Assembly: GCA_020052515.1 (NCBI GenBank)
Contig: JAGVOW010000034.1
Coordinates: forward strand, 296 to 64,295
DNA from: Brevinematales bacterium
GTDB lineage: Bacteria > Spirochaetota > Brevinematia > Brevinematales > JAOACQ01
Reading direction: 5' to 3'
Length of the DNA stretch: 64,000 bases
Below are positions 28,187 through 36,426 of the stretch, one piece after another. Under the pieces are notes generated by a model. It was not told the origin of the DNA. It searched no databases and saw only the letters and a program-made list of their open reading frames with translations. How positions within the stretch are numbered: the first letter of the stretch is position 1; every line of letters starts with the position of its first letter. Both the position numbers and the translations under genes were made by a program.

Positions 28187-29614
28187 TTAGCGGTTTTTTC
28201 TAAAGAACCGGGTTTTCAATAAATCTTTGAAACCAAAAAAAATAGGGCCTCGAGACTTCCACACAAAGCAAAAAATAGAAAACAGACGGTCCAGTTGCTT
28301 GAAAAATCCTTTGGGAGTTAAAAATCGATCAAGGGCAACATGATTAAGAATCTGATTTTTGTACTCAATCAGTTCCGCAAGAGAGTGCTCTGCCTGAAAA
28401 AAAGGAACAAATTGATCAGTAAGCCAATAAGAATCGTCTATAAAATGGTTCCTTTTTGCTATTTCATATACTTCTGTTCCAGGATAAATAGTCAAAATTC
28501 CTATATCACTATAAAGAGTGTATTTAATTTTTTGAATTTTTTTGACCAGATCGATGGTTTCCTGAACTGTCTCCTCATTTTCGCCAGGCAAACCAACAAT
28601 AAGAAATGTTGTAGTAATAATTTTAGATTTTGCAAATAATTGATAAGTATAGATAACATCTTCGGGAGTAATGTTTTTTTTGCAGCTTTTTAAGATTCTT
28701 GCGGAACCGCTTTCAAGGCCAAACAAAACCTGGAAAAAACCGGCTTTCTCTAAAGCCGTAATCATCTCTTTCGATACCGGCTTAAAACGGGCACTGCAGA
28801 TAAATCTTATCTTAATATTTCGTTTAACGATTTGATCACAAAAATCCAACACTCTTCTCTGGTCAAGAAAAAACGAATCATCATGAATCCAGATATAAGT
28901 CATCTGGGGGAAATTTTTAACCATCCATTCAATCTCGGCTATTACATTAGAAACCGACCTAAACCGGACCCTACGGTGCGAAATACTATCTAAGCAGCAA
29001 AAACTACAGGAAAAAGGACAGCCCCGGCTCGTTAATATATTACCTCGTGTGCGGTTAGGATGAAAAAACAATTCATGCTTTGGAAACGGCAAATCATCCA
29101 GATTATCAATCAATTCTCTGGCTGGATTAAGAACCACCTGGCCATTTTGAACAAACGCAATTCCTTTAACCGAACTGATAGGCTCTTTTTTCTCAAAACA
29201 AGCCAGCAACTCTGTAAATGTCAATTCCCCTTCGCCAAGAACCGCTATCAGGTAAGGGAATCGATTCAGGATTTGCTCATACATAACTGTAGTATGAACT
29301 CCGCCAATAATTATTTTTATATCCGGGTATTCTTGATGAATTTCCTCGATCAAACGAAAAGCGCTGGTACGATTAAACGCAAGAAGTTGAAACCCAACTA
29401 CATCAAAATGTTTCGCTTTTATTCTATCTCGAACTGTTTGATAGCATGTCTCATAATCGAAATCATTGAGGAAAAGTAAACCAACCTCATGGCCTTTACT
29501 TTCAATGTATGAATGCAGATAGGCTAATCCAATCGGATAATGGGAATTGGTTTGAACGATTGGCGATCGCTGATGCTCTTCAATACTAGTAGTTAGTAAA
29601 AGCACATTAAGCAT
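28187..29614 (-). CDS. B12-binding-domain radical SAM enzyme
   Basis: N-terminal cobalamin-binding-like domain (LLLTTS...YPIGLAYL...IIIGGVH), then the radical SAM cluster motif CPFSCSFC. Confidence 0.88.
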   Translation of the reverse strand: MLNVLLLTTSIEEHQRSPIVQTNSHYPIGLAYLHSYIESKGHEVGLLFLNDFDYETCYQTVRDRIKAKHFDVVGFQLLAFNRTSAFRLIEEIHQEYPDIKIIIGGVHTTVMYEQILNRFPYLIAVLGEGELTFTELLACFEKKEPISSVKGIAFVQNGQVVLNPARELIDNLDDLPFPKHELFFHPNRTRGNILTSRGCPFSCSFCCLDSISHRRVRFRSVSNVIAEIEWMVKNFPQMTYIWIHDDSFFLDQRRVLDFCDQIVKRNIKIRFICSARFKPVSKEMITALEKAGFFQVLFGLESGSARILKSCKKNITPEDVIYTYQLFAKSKIITTTFLIVGLPGENEETVQETIDLVKKIQKIKYTLYSDIGILTIYPGTEVYEIAKRNHFIDDSYWLTDQFVPFFQAEHSLAELIEYKNQILNHVALDRFLTPKGFFKQLDRLFSIFCFVWKSRGPIFFGFKDLLKTRFFRKNR

Positions 29615-29650
29615 TATCGGCCGCTCCTAACGAAGGATTATTCTTGAATA

Positions 29651-29679
29651 ATTATATTGTTTTTTTTTGACTCTGTCAA
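29651..29679 (-). promoter_or_regulatory. Consensus sigma70 promoter of the radical-SAM/glycosyltransferase operon
   Basis: Minus strand reads TTGACA, 17 nt, TATAAT (12/12 match). Confidence 0.8.
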
Positions 29680-29768
29680 ACAAACATGATTACCTATATT
29701 CTAGTATTCCAGGAAATAACACCCGGAAAAACTAAACAGCAAAAATGTTAGGATTTTTAACAATATTT

Positions 29769-29797
29769 TTGACTTAATTTTAATCCTTGCTTATAAT
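29769..29797 (+). promoter_or_regulatory. Sigma70-type promoter of the FecR / CHASE2-cyclase operon
   Basis: TTGACT, 17 nt, TATAAT. The -10 hexamer ends 26 nt upstream of ATG 29824. Confidence 0.8.
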
Positions 29798-29823
29798 TCA
29801 GTAAAACAATGCGGAGGTTTCCG

Positions 29824-30255
29824 ATGAAAAAATTTGGAGTTGTTCTGCTCCTTTTATTCTTTTATTCATCTGGCTTTTCTATTACTACCTCAGAAATTAG
29901 AGATATAATGGAAAAGAAAGTCGCAAATGTAGAAGATGCTCTTTCTCTAACAGCTTCTTTAAAATCAGAAAGAAGTGAGAAAGAAATGGACCTGAAAAAG
30001 AGCAGTCGGCTTTCTTCTTTGAAAAAAGAAGCGAAATTAGACGCTGGTTCTTTAGCGATTATTGCCATTGAATTTAAAAAATGTGATGGCGGTATTATTT
30101 ACAGCCTGACGGGATGGTCAAAATACGCCGCGGAAAGTTTGATTCATCAGAAAATTTTCCCACGCTATTTTTCGTGGAACAGAGAAATCAGTGGAAATGA
30201 GTTGATAGAATTTATTACTGCTTTGAAAGAAAAAGCAGAATCCCCAAAGAAATAA
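29824..30255 (+). CDS. Small secreted or lipoprotein-like protein, unknown function
   Basis: Signal-like MKKFGVVLLLLFFYSSGFS. Start at ATG 29824 with a ggagg RBS; ATG 29809 is too close to the -10 hexamer. Confidence 0.7.
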   Translation: MKKFGVVLLLLFFYSSGFSITTSEIRDIMEKKVANVEDALSLTASLKSERSEKEMDLKKSSRLSSLKKEAKLDAGSLAIIAIEFKKCDGGIIYSLTGWSKYAAESLIHQKIFPRYFSWNREISGNELIEFITALKEKAESPKK

Positions 30256-30265
30256 GGAGGCCTTT

Positions 30266-30931
30266 ATGAAGAAAATTATTATTATTTTGTTTATTCTTGG
30301 TTTTTTCAATCTTCTATTTGCCGGAAAAGTAACAGAAGTAAAAGGCCAGGCGGATGTAATGCAAGATGGGAAGTGGCAAAAGGCCGAAGCAGGAATGGCC
30401 ATCGATAATAATACAAAAATCATGACCGGGATCAATTCCTCACTGAAAATAGAAACAAAAGGCGGTTTCTACATCGTTAAAGAATTATCAATGGTTACTT
30501 TCAACGAAATCTCAAAAGATAAATCATTGGACCAAAAAGTTTCCATAGAAGTAGGCAAAGTAAGGGTCCGCTTTACCAAAATTGCCGGTATTAAATCTTC
30601 CTTTAAAGTACAGACACCGAAAGGAACAGCATCTGTTCGGGGAACTGAGAAAGAACCAAGCTATTTCCCAATTGCTGGGATGAATGTGTTGGTGATAGAA
30701 GGTTCCAGCGATATCAGTGATAATAATGGAAATTCTTTTATCGCGAGACAGGGAGAGAGCGGCGGCGTATCTTCTGACGGTGATATTTACGGAGAGTCAG
30801 ACCTTGATGAGGAAGCAGCCGGCTATATGGACCAATTCGGCGATGATGACATTGGAAGCCTGGGTGATGATTTATCAGAGTTTTTCAATGATTATTTCAG
30901 GCTTTTCTCAAATGAACCGGAAAGATTATAG
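30266..30931 (+). CDS. FecR-domain-like secreted protein with acidic C-terminal tail
   Basis: Signal peptide. Beta-rich region with the GTASVRGTE motif typical of FecR-type domains. D/E-rich tail. Confidence 0.75.
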   Translation: MKKIIIILFILGFFNLLFAGKVTEVKGQADVMQDGKWQKAEAGMAIDNNTKIMTGINSSLKIETKGGFYIVKELSMVTFNEISKDKSLDQKVSIEVGKVRVRFTKIAGIKSSFKVQTPKGTASVRGTEKEPSYFPIAGMNVLVIEGSSDISDNNGNSFIARQGESGGVSSDGDIYGESDLDEEAAGYMDQFGDDDIGSLGDDLSEFFNDYFRLFSNEPERL

Positions 30932-30940
30932 GAGATCGGC

Positions 30941-32140
30941 ATGAAAAAAACAGTTTTATTTTTTTTAATAGTTTTTGCGCTTTTTCCCCTCAGCGCTTTT
31001 AGTTTTAACTGGAATTTCAGTTTTGAAGAAATTCCCATGTTTATCAGCGGAGTGGACGCTACTACCAATATGAATTATTATAGTTTTTTCAACATAGCAA
31101 ATTTGAGTTTCAGTATTCATCCCAATAACGATATGCAGCTCAAGTTTCGAATAAAAGACACTTATTTAGACCTTACCAATAGCATCAATACTTTCAGCAA
31201 CCGAAATAAGCTCTACATTGACCGCTTCAGTTTTGAGTATTCGGGAGATAGTTTAGGCCTCCTTGCGGGCAGGGATATATTCTTGGAAAACAACGGACTC
31301 ATTATTGGAAATCTGGCTGACGGGATCAAGTTTCAGTCCAGCCTTTTTGAGTTTAAGCAGAGATTTTATTTCTATCATTCCGGATTGTTTGGAACGCTTC
31401 CCCGGGAAATCAATCAATTCAACGCGAATTATTTTGATCAAAACCAGACCAACGGCGGAGCAAGCAGGCTATCCACAGGAATTGCCCTGGAAAAGTTTGG
31501 ATTTCTTACTAAATCCATTTCCGCTTTGTTACTCTATAGTATGGATTTATCTACCAATGCTTCTTTTTATCCTCTTTACCTGGGACTTGCCTCAGATGGG
31601 GTCATTTTCTCCGGATTTTCCTACAATGCCTCCTTTTTTTACCAGGGTGGAAGCTATGTGAGCAATATTTCCCTATCCGCATGGGCAGGAGATATTTCGC
31701 TCTTTTATTTCTTACCGATAGACGCAAAGATAGGATTTATCACAGGCATTGCTTTTGCTACAGGAGATGATATAAACACTACCAATTCTATGGAAAGATT
31801 TAATTCCTTTGGGAAATACGACACAGACTTCGTGCTGATACCTGATTTTTCTAATTTATTCTTATTCCGCTTAGGCGCTGTGGCAAAGATTCTGGATGAA
31901 AAATTGTCTATCAAAGCCGATTATGTTTATCTCTCGCGCATGCAAACGAATGATTCAGTAAACGGTTTCTACAGCGGCAGTGGAGCGACAGTCGGCCATG
32001 AGCTTTCAGCCAAAATCAACTGGGAATTTGACCCAAATATATCCATTTTTCTGCAGGCTGGTTCTCTCTTTGGAGGCGACGCGAGAATCGAAAGAACCAA
32101 TGACTATAAATTAATCGCGGGTACAGTTATCAAGTTGTAA
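30941..32140 (+). CDS. Putative outer-membrane beta-barrel protein
   Basis: Signal peptide MKKTVLFFLIVFALFPLSAFS. Alternating aromatic/polar beta-strand pattern throughout; 399 aa. Confidence 0.7.
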   Translation: MKKTVLFFLIVFALFPLSAFSFNWNFSFEEIPMFISGVDATTNMNYYSFFNIANLSFSIHPNNDMQLKFRIKDTYLDLTNSINTFSNRNKLYIDRFSFEYSGDSLGLLAGRDIFLENNGLIIGNLADGIKFQSSLFEFKQRFYFYHSGLFGTLPREINQFNANYFDQNQTNGGASRLSTGIALEKFGFLTKSISALLLYSMDLSTNASFYPLYLGLASDGVIFSGFSYNASFFYQGGSYVSNISLSAWAGDISLFYFLPIDAKIGFITGIAFATGDDINTTNSMERFNSFGKYDTDFVLIPDFSNLFLFRLGAVAKILDEKLSIKADYVYLSRMQTNDSVNGFYSGSGATVGHELSAKINWEFDPNISIFLQAGSLFGGDARIERTNDYKLIAGTVIKL

Positions 32141-32158
32141 TTTTCTGAGGGGCCTGGA

Positions 32159-34495
32159 TTGAAGAAGGAAACGATTTATCAAATCGCAATTATTCTGCTT
32201 GTTCTTTTGTTATCTCTATTGTTTTCTTTTAGCCGTCCGGGTGAGATGATAAATTTAAAGCTCTACGACATATTTTTTCAAGCAAAACCTCAGCCAAAAG
32301 AGTGGGATAAAATACTCTACGTGGATATCGATGACCAATCCATTGATCTCATAGGTCAATACCCCTGGCCAAGAAACATAATGGCCAAGGGCGTTTCCGC
32401 GTTGAAAGACCTTGGAGCTGGAAGGATTATTATTGACATTGAATATATTGATCCCTCGCCCCTATTCCTGAATACCGACTATTACGAAGAAATCCGCCAG
32501 CAAAAGGTCCGCTCACTTCCAACTTCCACTATTCAAGAAAAGCTGGTTGTCAATCCCGACAACGAACTTTTTACTTCTTTCGCGGCCGGAAACAGAAATG
32601 TATACCTCGGGTGCCGGGGGTTGGATGACACCAGCAAAAAGAGGACAGACATAAGAAGTGAAGAAAATTTTGATTTAATAGAAATCACCAATCTTTTCTT
32701 TATCCCTTTAAAAAACAAAAGCCTCACCAATTATTTATCGGTTGACCGGTATATGGAAACCCCTGTCTATCCGCTGTATCGAGGCGCGAAAGATATTGGT
32801 TTTACTCTGGCTGAAAAAGATATAGATGGATCATTGCGAAAAATTAAGCTTTTTAGAATATACGAAGATATGCTGGTACCTCAGCTTTCTCTGGCTCCTT
32901 TAATGGATGAGCTGGGGATAGATCGCGACAGGATTGAGATAAAACCCGGCAATTACATAAAGTTTTTTACTAAAGAAAATAAAACCATTCAAATTCCTAT
33001 TACCAGGTCGGGGGAAATGGCGATCAATTTTACAAAAAAATGGGCCGAAAAACCCTTTGGCCAGCATATTCCTTTTAGTATGTTGATAGAGTATTATGAC
33101 CTGAAGAAGACAGTAGAAGAACAGCTTCCCTATTTGAATAGTACAGCGATATCAGCGGAAGACAAAGAAACTATTCTGGCTAACGCCAAGCTCCTCGAAG
33201 AAATTTCCCAGAAACTTGCCGTGATAAAAGGAAAAATCACCATTACGGGCTGGACAGCCGAATCAACGACAGACAGCGGCGCGATTACAATTGATCCGTT
33301 AGCCCCTTTGGTCCTATTGCAGGGAAACGTCATCAATACAATCTACCAGCAAAATTTTCTCACTGAAATTTCAAAAGAGATAAATATTATTTGCCTTGTT
33401 CTTCTGGCCATTTTCATTTTATTAATCAGCTGGAGAGTTCAATCGGCTTCAAAAGAGACCTTGCTATCAGCAATTTTTATAGGTGTATTAATCATCCTGT
33501 TATACGCGGCACTTGCTGTTTTTGGATGGATTTTTAATTATATATTGATCCTTTCCAGCTCTATTATCTCACTGGTTGTCCTTACGGCCTTCAAATTCAT
33601 TCTTTACGATAAACAGAAAAATTATATTAGAAAAGCTTTTATGCAGTATCTTTCTCCTGAGGTAGTAAGAGATGTGATCGCCAATCCCGGTTTATTAAAG
33701 CTTGGCGGGGAAAGAAGGGAAATCACTGCTTTTTTCTCGGATGTCGCGGGCTTTACGACGATTTCCGAAAAGTTGACGCCGGAAGAAGTGGTCCTGCTTC
33801 TCAATAAATACCTGACGGCTATGACCGATATTATTCTTTCTCATGGCGGAACGGTCGACAAGTATGAAGGCGATGCCATTGTTGCCTTTTTCGGCGCGCC
33901 GTTTCCTCATCCGGACCATGCCGCCCGCTGTTGCGCGGCCGCTGTCGATATGCAGAACGCTTTGATTAAACTCAGGGAACAGTGGATTAAAGAAGGGTTT
34001 CCTCCGGTCGTTATGCGCATCGGCATTAATACAGGCCCGGCCATTATCGGAAATATGGGCTCTCAACAGCGTATGGATTATACAATGATGGGCGACACAG
34101 TAAATTCAGCTTCGCGTTTTGAAGGCGCGAATAAGGCTTACGGAACCTATACGATGATTTCAGAATTTACCTACCAGCAGGTAAAAGATGATTTTTTGGT
34201 GAGAAAACTGGACCTTCTCCGGGTAGTAGGGAAAAGCGCCCCAATAGCGGTTTATGAACTGGTGGGCAAAAAAGAAGATGTGAGTGAAGAAAAATTAGTC
34301 GTTCTCAATCTTTTTCAAATAGCTCTAGAAAAGTATTCTTCGAAAAACTGGATGGACGCTTCTGATTTATTTTACGAGATTTATAAAAAATTTAATGACT
34401 TGCCTTCAAAAACTTATTATGACCGGTGTGTTCAATTCAAGAAAAATCCTCCGCCCCCGGATTGGGATGGCGTTTACGTATTAAAGAGTAAGTAA
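32159..34495 (+). CDS. CHASE2 sensor domain adenylate/guanylate cyclase (class III)
   Basis: N-terminal TM, periplasmic domain of about 350 aa and three TM segments. Cyclase domain with FFSDVAGFTTISE, KYEGDAIVAFFGAP and GDTVNSASRFEG. TTG start. Confidence 0.88.
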   Translation: MKKETIYQIAIILLVLLLSLLFSFSRPGEMINLKLYDIFFQAKPQPKEWDKILYVDIDDQSIDLIGQYPWPRNIMAKGVSALKDLGAGRIIIDIEYIDPSPLFLNTDYYEEIRQQKVRSLPTSTIQEKLVVNPDNELFTSFAAGNRNVYLGCRGLDDTSKKRTDIRSEENFDLIEITNLFFIPLKNKSLTNYLSVDRYMETPVYPLYRGAKDIGFTLAEKDIDGSLRKIKLFRIYEDMLVPQLSLAPLMDELGIDRDRIEIKPGNYIKFFTKENKTIQIPITRSGEMAINFTKKWAEKPFGQHIPFSMLIEYYDLKKTVEEQLPYLNSTAISAEDKETILANAKLLEEISQKLAVIKGKITITGWTAESTTDSGAITIDPLAPLVLLQGNVINTIYQQNFLTEISKEINIICLVLLAIFILLISWRVQSASKETLLSAIFIGVLIILLYAALAVFGWIFNYILILSSSIISLVVLTAFKFILYDKQKNYIRKAFMQYLSPEVVRDVIANPGLLKLGGERREITAFFSDVAGFTTISEKLTPEEVVLLLNKYLTAMTDIILSHGGTVDKYEGDAIVAFFGAPFPHPDHAARCCAAAVDMQNALIKLREQWIKEGFPPVVMRIGINTGPAIIGNMGSQQRMDYTMMGDTVNSASRFEGANKAYGTYTMISEFTYQQVKDDFLVRKLDLLRVVGKSAPIAVYELVGKKEDVSEEKLVVLNLFQIALEKYSSKNWMDASDLFYEIYKKFNDLPSKTYYDRCVQFKKNPPPPDWDGVYVLKSK

Positions 34496-36337
34496 ATGTC
34501 GCCTCATAAAAAATTTTCCGCTTTGTTCTGGATTCTTTGGATTGCCTTAATTTTCTTTTTATTCCCTACTACTCATTTTTTCTCAGCGGATGCCTCAAAA
34601 TTTTCCTCTATAAAACAAAAAGTAGAAGCAATATTGCCGCAGATGACGCTGGAGGAAAAAATTGGACAAATGACCCAGATAGATTCTCAGGTCATAATGA
34701 ACAATTTGCAGGATATTAGTGCTTATGGGATAGGTTCTTTATTAAGCGGTGGAAATTCAGGCCCTTCGTTTAATAGCCCGGAGTCCTGGGCAAATATGGT
34801 AGATCGTTTTCAATCTTACGCCTTGAAATCCCGCTTGAAGATTCCCCTTATCTACGGCATCGACTCGGTGCATGGCCTTTCTCATGTAAAGGGAGCTACG
34901 GTATTTCCTCATAACATTGGATTGGGAGCGGCCAGAAATCCAGTCTTAGTAGAAAAAATCGCGCGAATTACGGCAATGGAGACTGCCGCTCTGGGAATAA
35001 AATGGACTTTCGCGCCCTGTATCGCCGTTCCTCAAGACATCCGATGGGGAAGGACTTATGAAGGTTTCAGCGAAGACCCAAAATTGGTTTCATTATTGGG
35101 GGCTTCCGCTATAAAAGGCTCGCAGAGCACCAATTTGTCTGACCCCACCTCCATTCTGGCCTGCGCGAAGCATTTTGCGGGCGATGGCGGGACGGAATTC
35201 GGCACCGGCTATCCAGAGTTGCTGGACCAGGGTGACGCGAGGATACCGGAAAAAGAATTGCGCTCGATTCATATTTTCCCTTACATTGCCGCTATTTCCA
35301 ATGGAGCTGCCAGCGTGATGGCATCCTTTTCCAGCTGGAATGAAATAAAAATGCATCAAAATAAGTACCTTCTCACCGATGTTCTTCGTAAAGAATTAAA
35401 ATTCTCAGGCATTCTGGTTTCTGATTGGGCGGCGGTCAAGCAGCTTCCAGGGACTCCTGAAGAACAGGTAAAGCTCGCTATCAATGCCGGAATTGATATG
35501 GTCATGGTTCCGGACAGCTACCAGCAATTTATCGGCAATCTAACCGCTTTAGTCAGAAAACAAGAAGTTTCGGAAGAGAGAATTGATGAGGCGGTCAGGC
35601 GGATTCTTACTTTAAAATACAAATTAGGGCTTTTTGAGCATCCCTACTCCCATCGGGAATTACTGGCTCAGGTGGGCGGCAGAGAGCATCGGGAATTGGC
35701 CAGAGAGGCAGTGAGAAAATCTTTAGTGCTTCTCAAAAATAAAGACAAAATACTGCCTCTTTCTAAAAAGCTCAAAAAAATTATCGTCGCGGGTAGAAAA
35801 GCGGATGATATCGGCAGCCAATGCGGAGGCTGGACGATTACCTGGCAGGGAGCAACTGGGGCTATTACTACCGGTACTTCTATCCTGCAGGCTATTAAAA
35901 AAGCTGTTTCTACGAACACCATTGTTTTCTATTCCACAAATGGAGAAAACTGTCTGGGTGCCGATGCAGTTATCGCGGTAGTAGGAGAAGGCCCTTATGC
36001 TGAAATGAAAGGGGATAGAGAAGACCTTTCATTAAAGACTACAGATTTGAAAACGATCCGCAATATCAAAGACGCTGGCGTACCAGTAGTTGTTATCTTA
36101 ATCAGCGGACGTCCTATGATTGTTACCTCCGAAATTAAAAGCTGGAATGCCTTCATTGCCGCCTGGCTTCCAGGCACAGAGGGGGAGGGCATCGCGGACA
36201 TTTTGTTCGGGGACTATCAGCCGGCCGGAAAGCTTTCTTACACCTGGCCTGCCAGCATGGACCAGGTACCGCTTCGTAAAGCAAAAAACTCGCACAGCAA
36301 GCCTTTGTATCCCTATGGATTTGGACTGAGTTATTAA
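34496..36337 (+). CDS. Family 3 glycoside hydrolase (periplasmic beta-glucosidase-like)
   Basis: Signal sequence, KHFAGDGG, and nucleophile context GILVSDWAAV. Confidence 0.9.
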   Translation: MSPHKKFSALFWILWIALIFFLFPTTHFFSADASKFSSIKQKVEAILPQMTLEEKIGQMTQIDSQVIMNNLQDISAYGIGSLLSGGNSGPSFNSPESWANMVDRFQSYALKSRLKIPLIYGIDSVHGLSHVKGATVFPHNIGLGAARNPVLVEKIARITAMETAALGIKWTFAPCIAVPQDIRWGRTYEGFSEDPKLVSLLGASAIKGSQSTNLSDPTSILACAKHFAGDGGTEFGTGYPELLDQGDARIPEKELRSIHIFPYIAAISNGAASVMASFSSWNEIKMHQNKYLLTDVLRKELKFSGILVSDWAAVKQLPGTPEEQVKLAINAGIDMVMVPDSYQQFIGNLTALVRKQEVSEERIDEAVRRILTLKYKLGLFEHPYSHRELLAQVGGREHRELAREAVRKSLVLLKNKDKILPLSKKLKKIIVAGRKADDIGSQCGGWTITWQGATGAITTGTSILQAIKKAVSTNTIVFYSTNGENCLGADAVIAVVGEGPYAEMKGDREDLSLKTTDLKTIRNIKDAGVPVVVILISGRPMIVTSEIKSWNAFIAAWLPGTEGEGIADILFGDYQPAGKLSYTWPASMDQVPLRKAKNSHSKPLYPYGFGLSY

Positions 36338-36390
36338 ATAAAGGCAGCTCTAACGTCATGCCGAAATGTTAATAAACGCTTTAACTAAAA

Positions 36391-36416
36391 CAGGCGCGGT
36401 TAATTAACCGCGCCTG
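36391..36416. repeat. 24-bp palindrome AGGCGCGGTTAATTAACCGCGCCT (copy 3 of 3; 26 bp with flanks)
   Basis: Exact core at 36392-36415, between the convergent GH3 and hppA genes. Confidence 0.95.
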
Positions 36417-36426
36417 AATAAATTCA

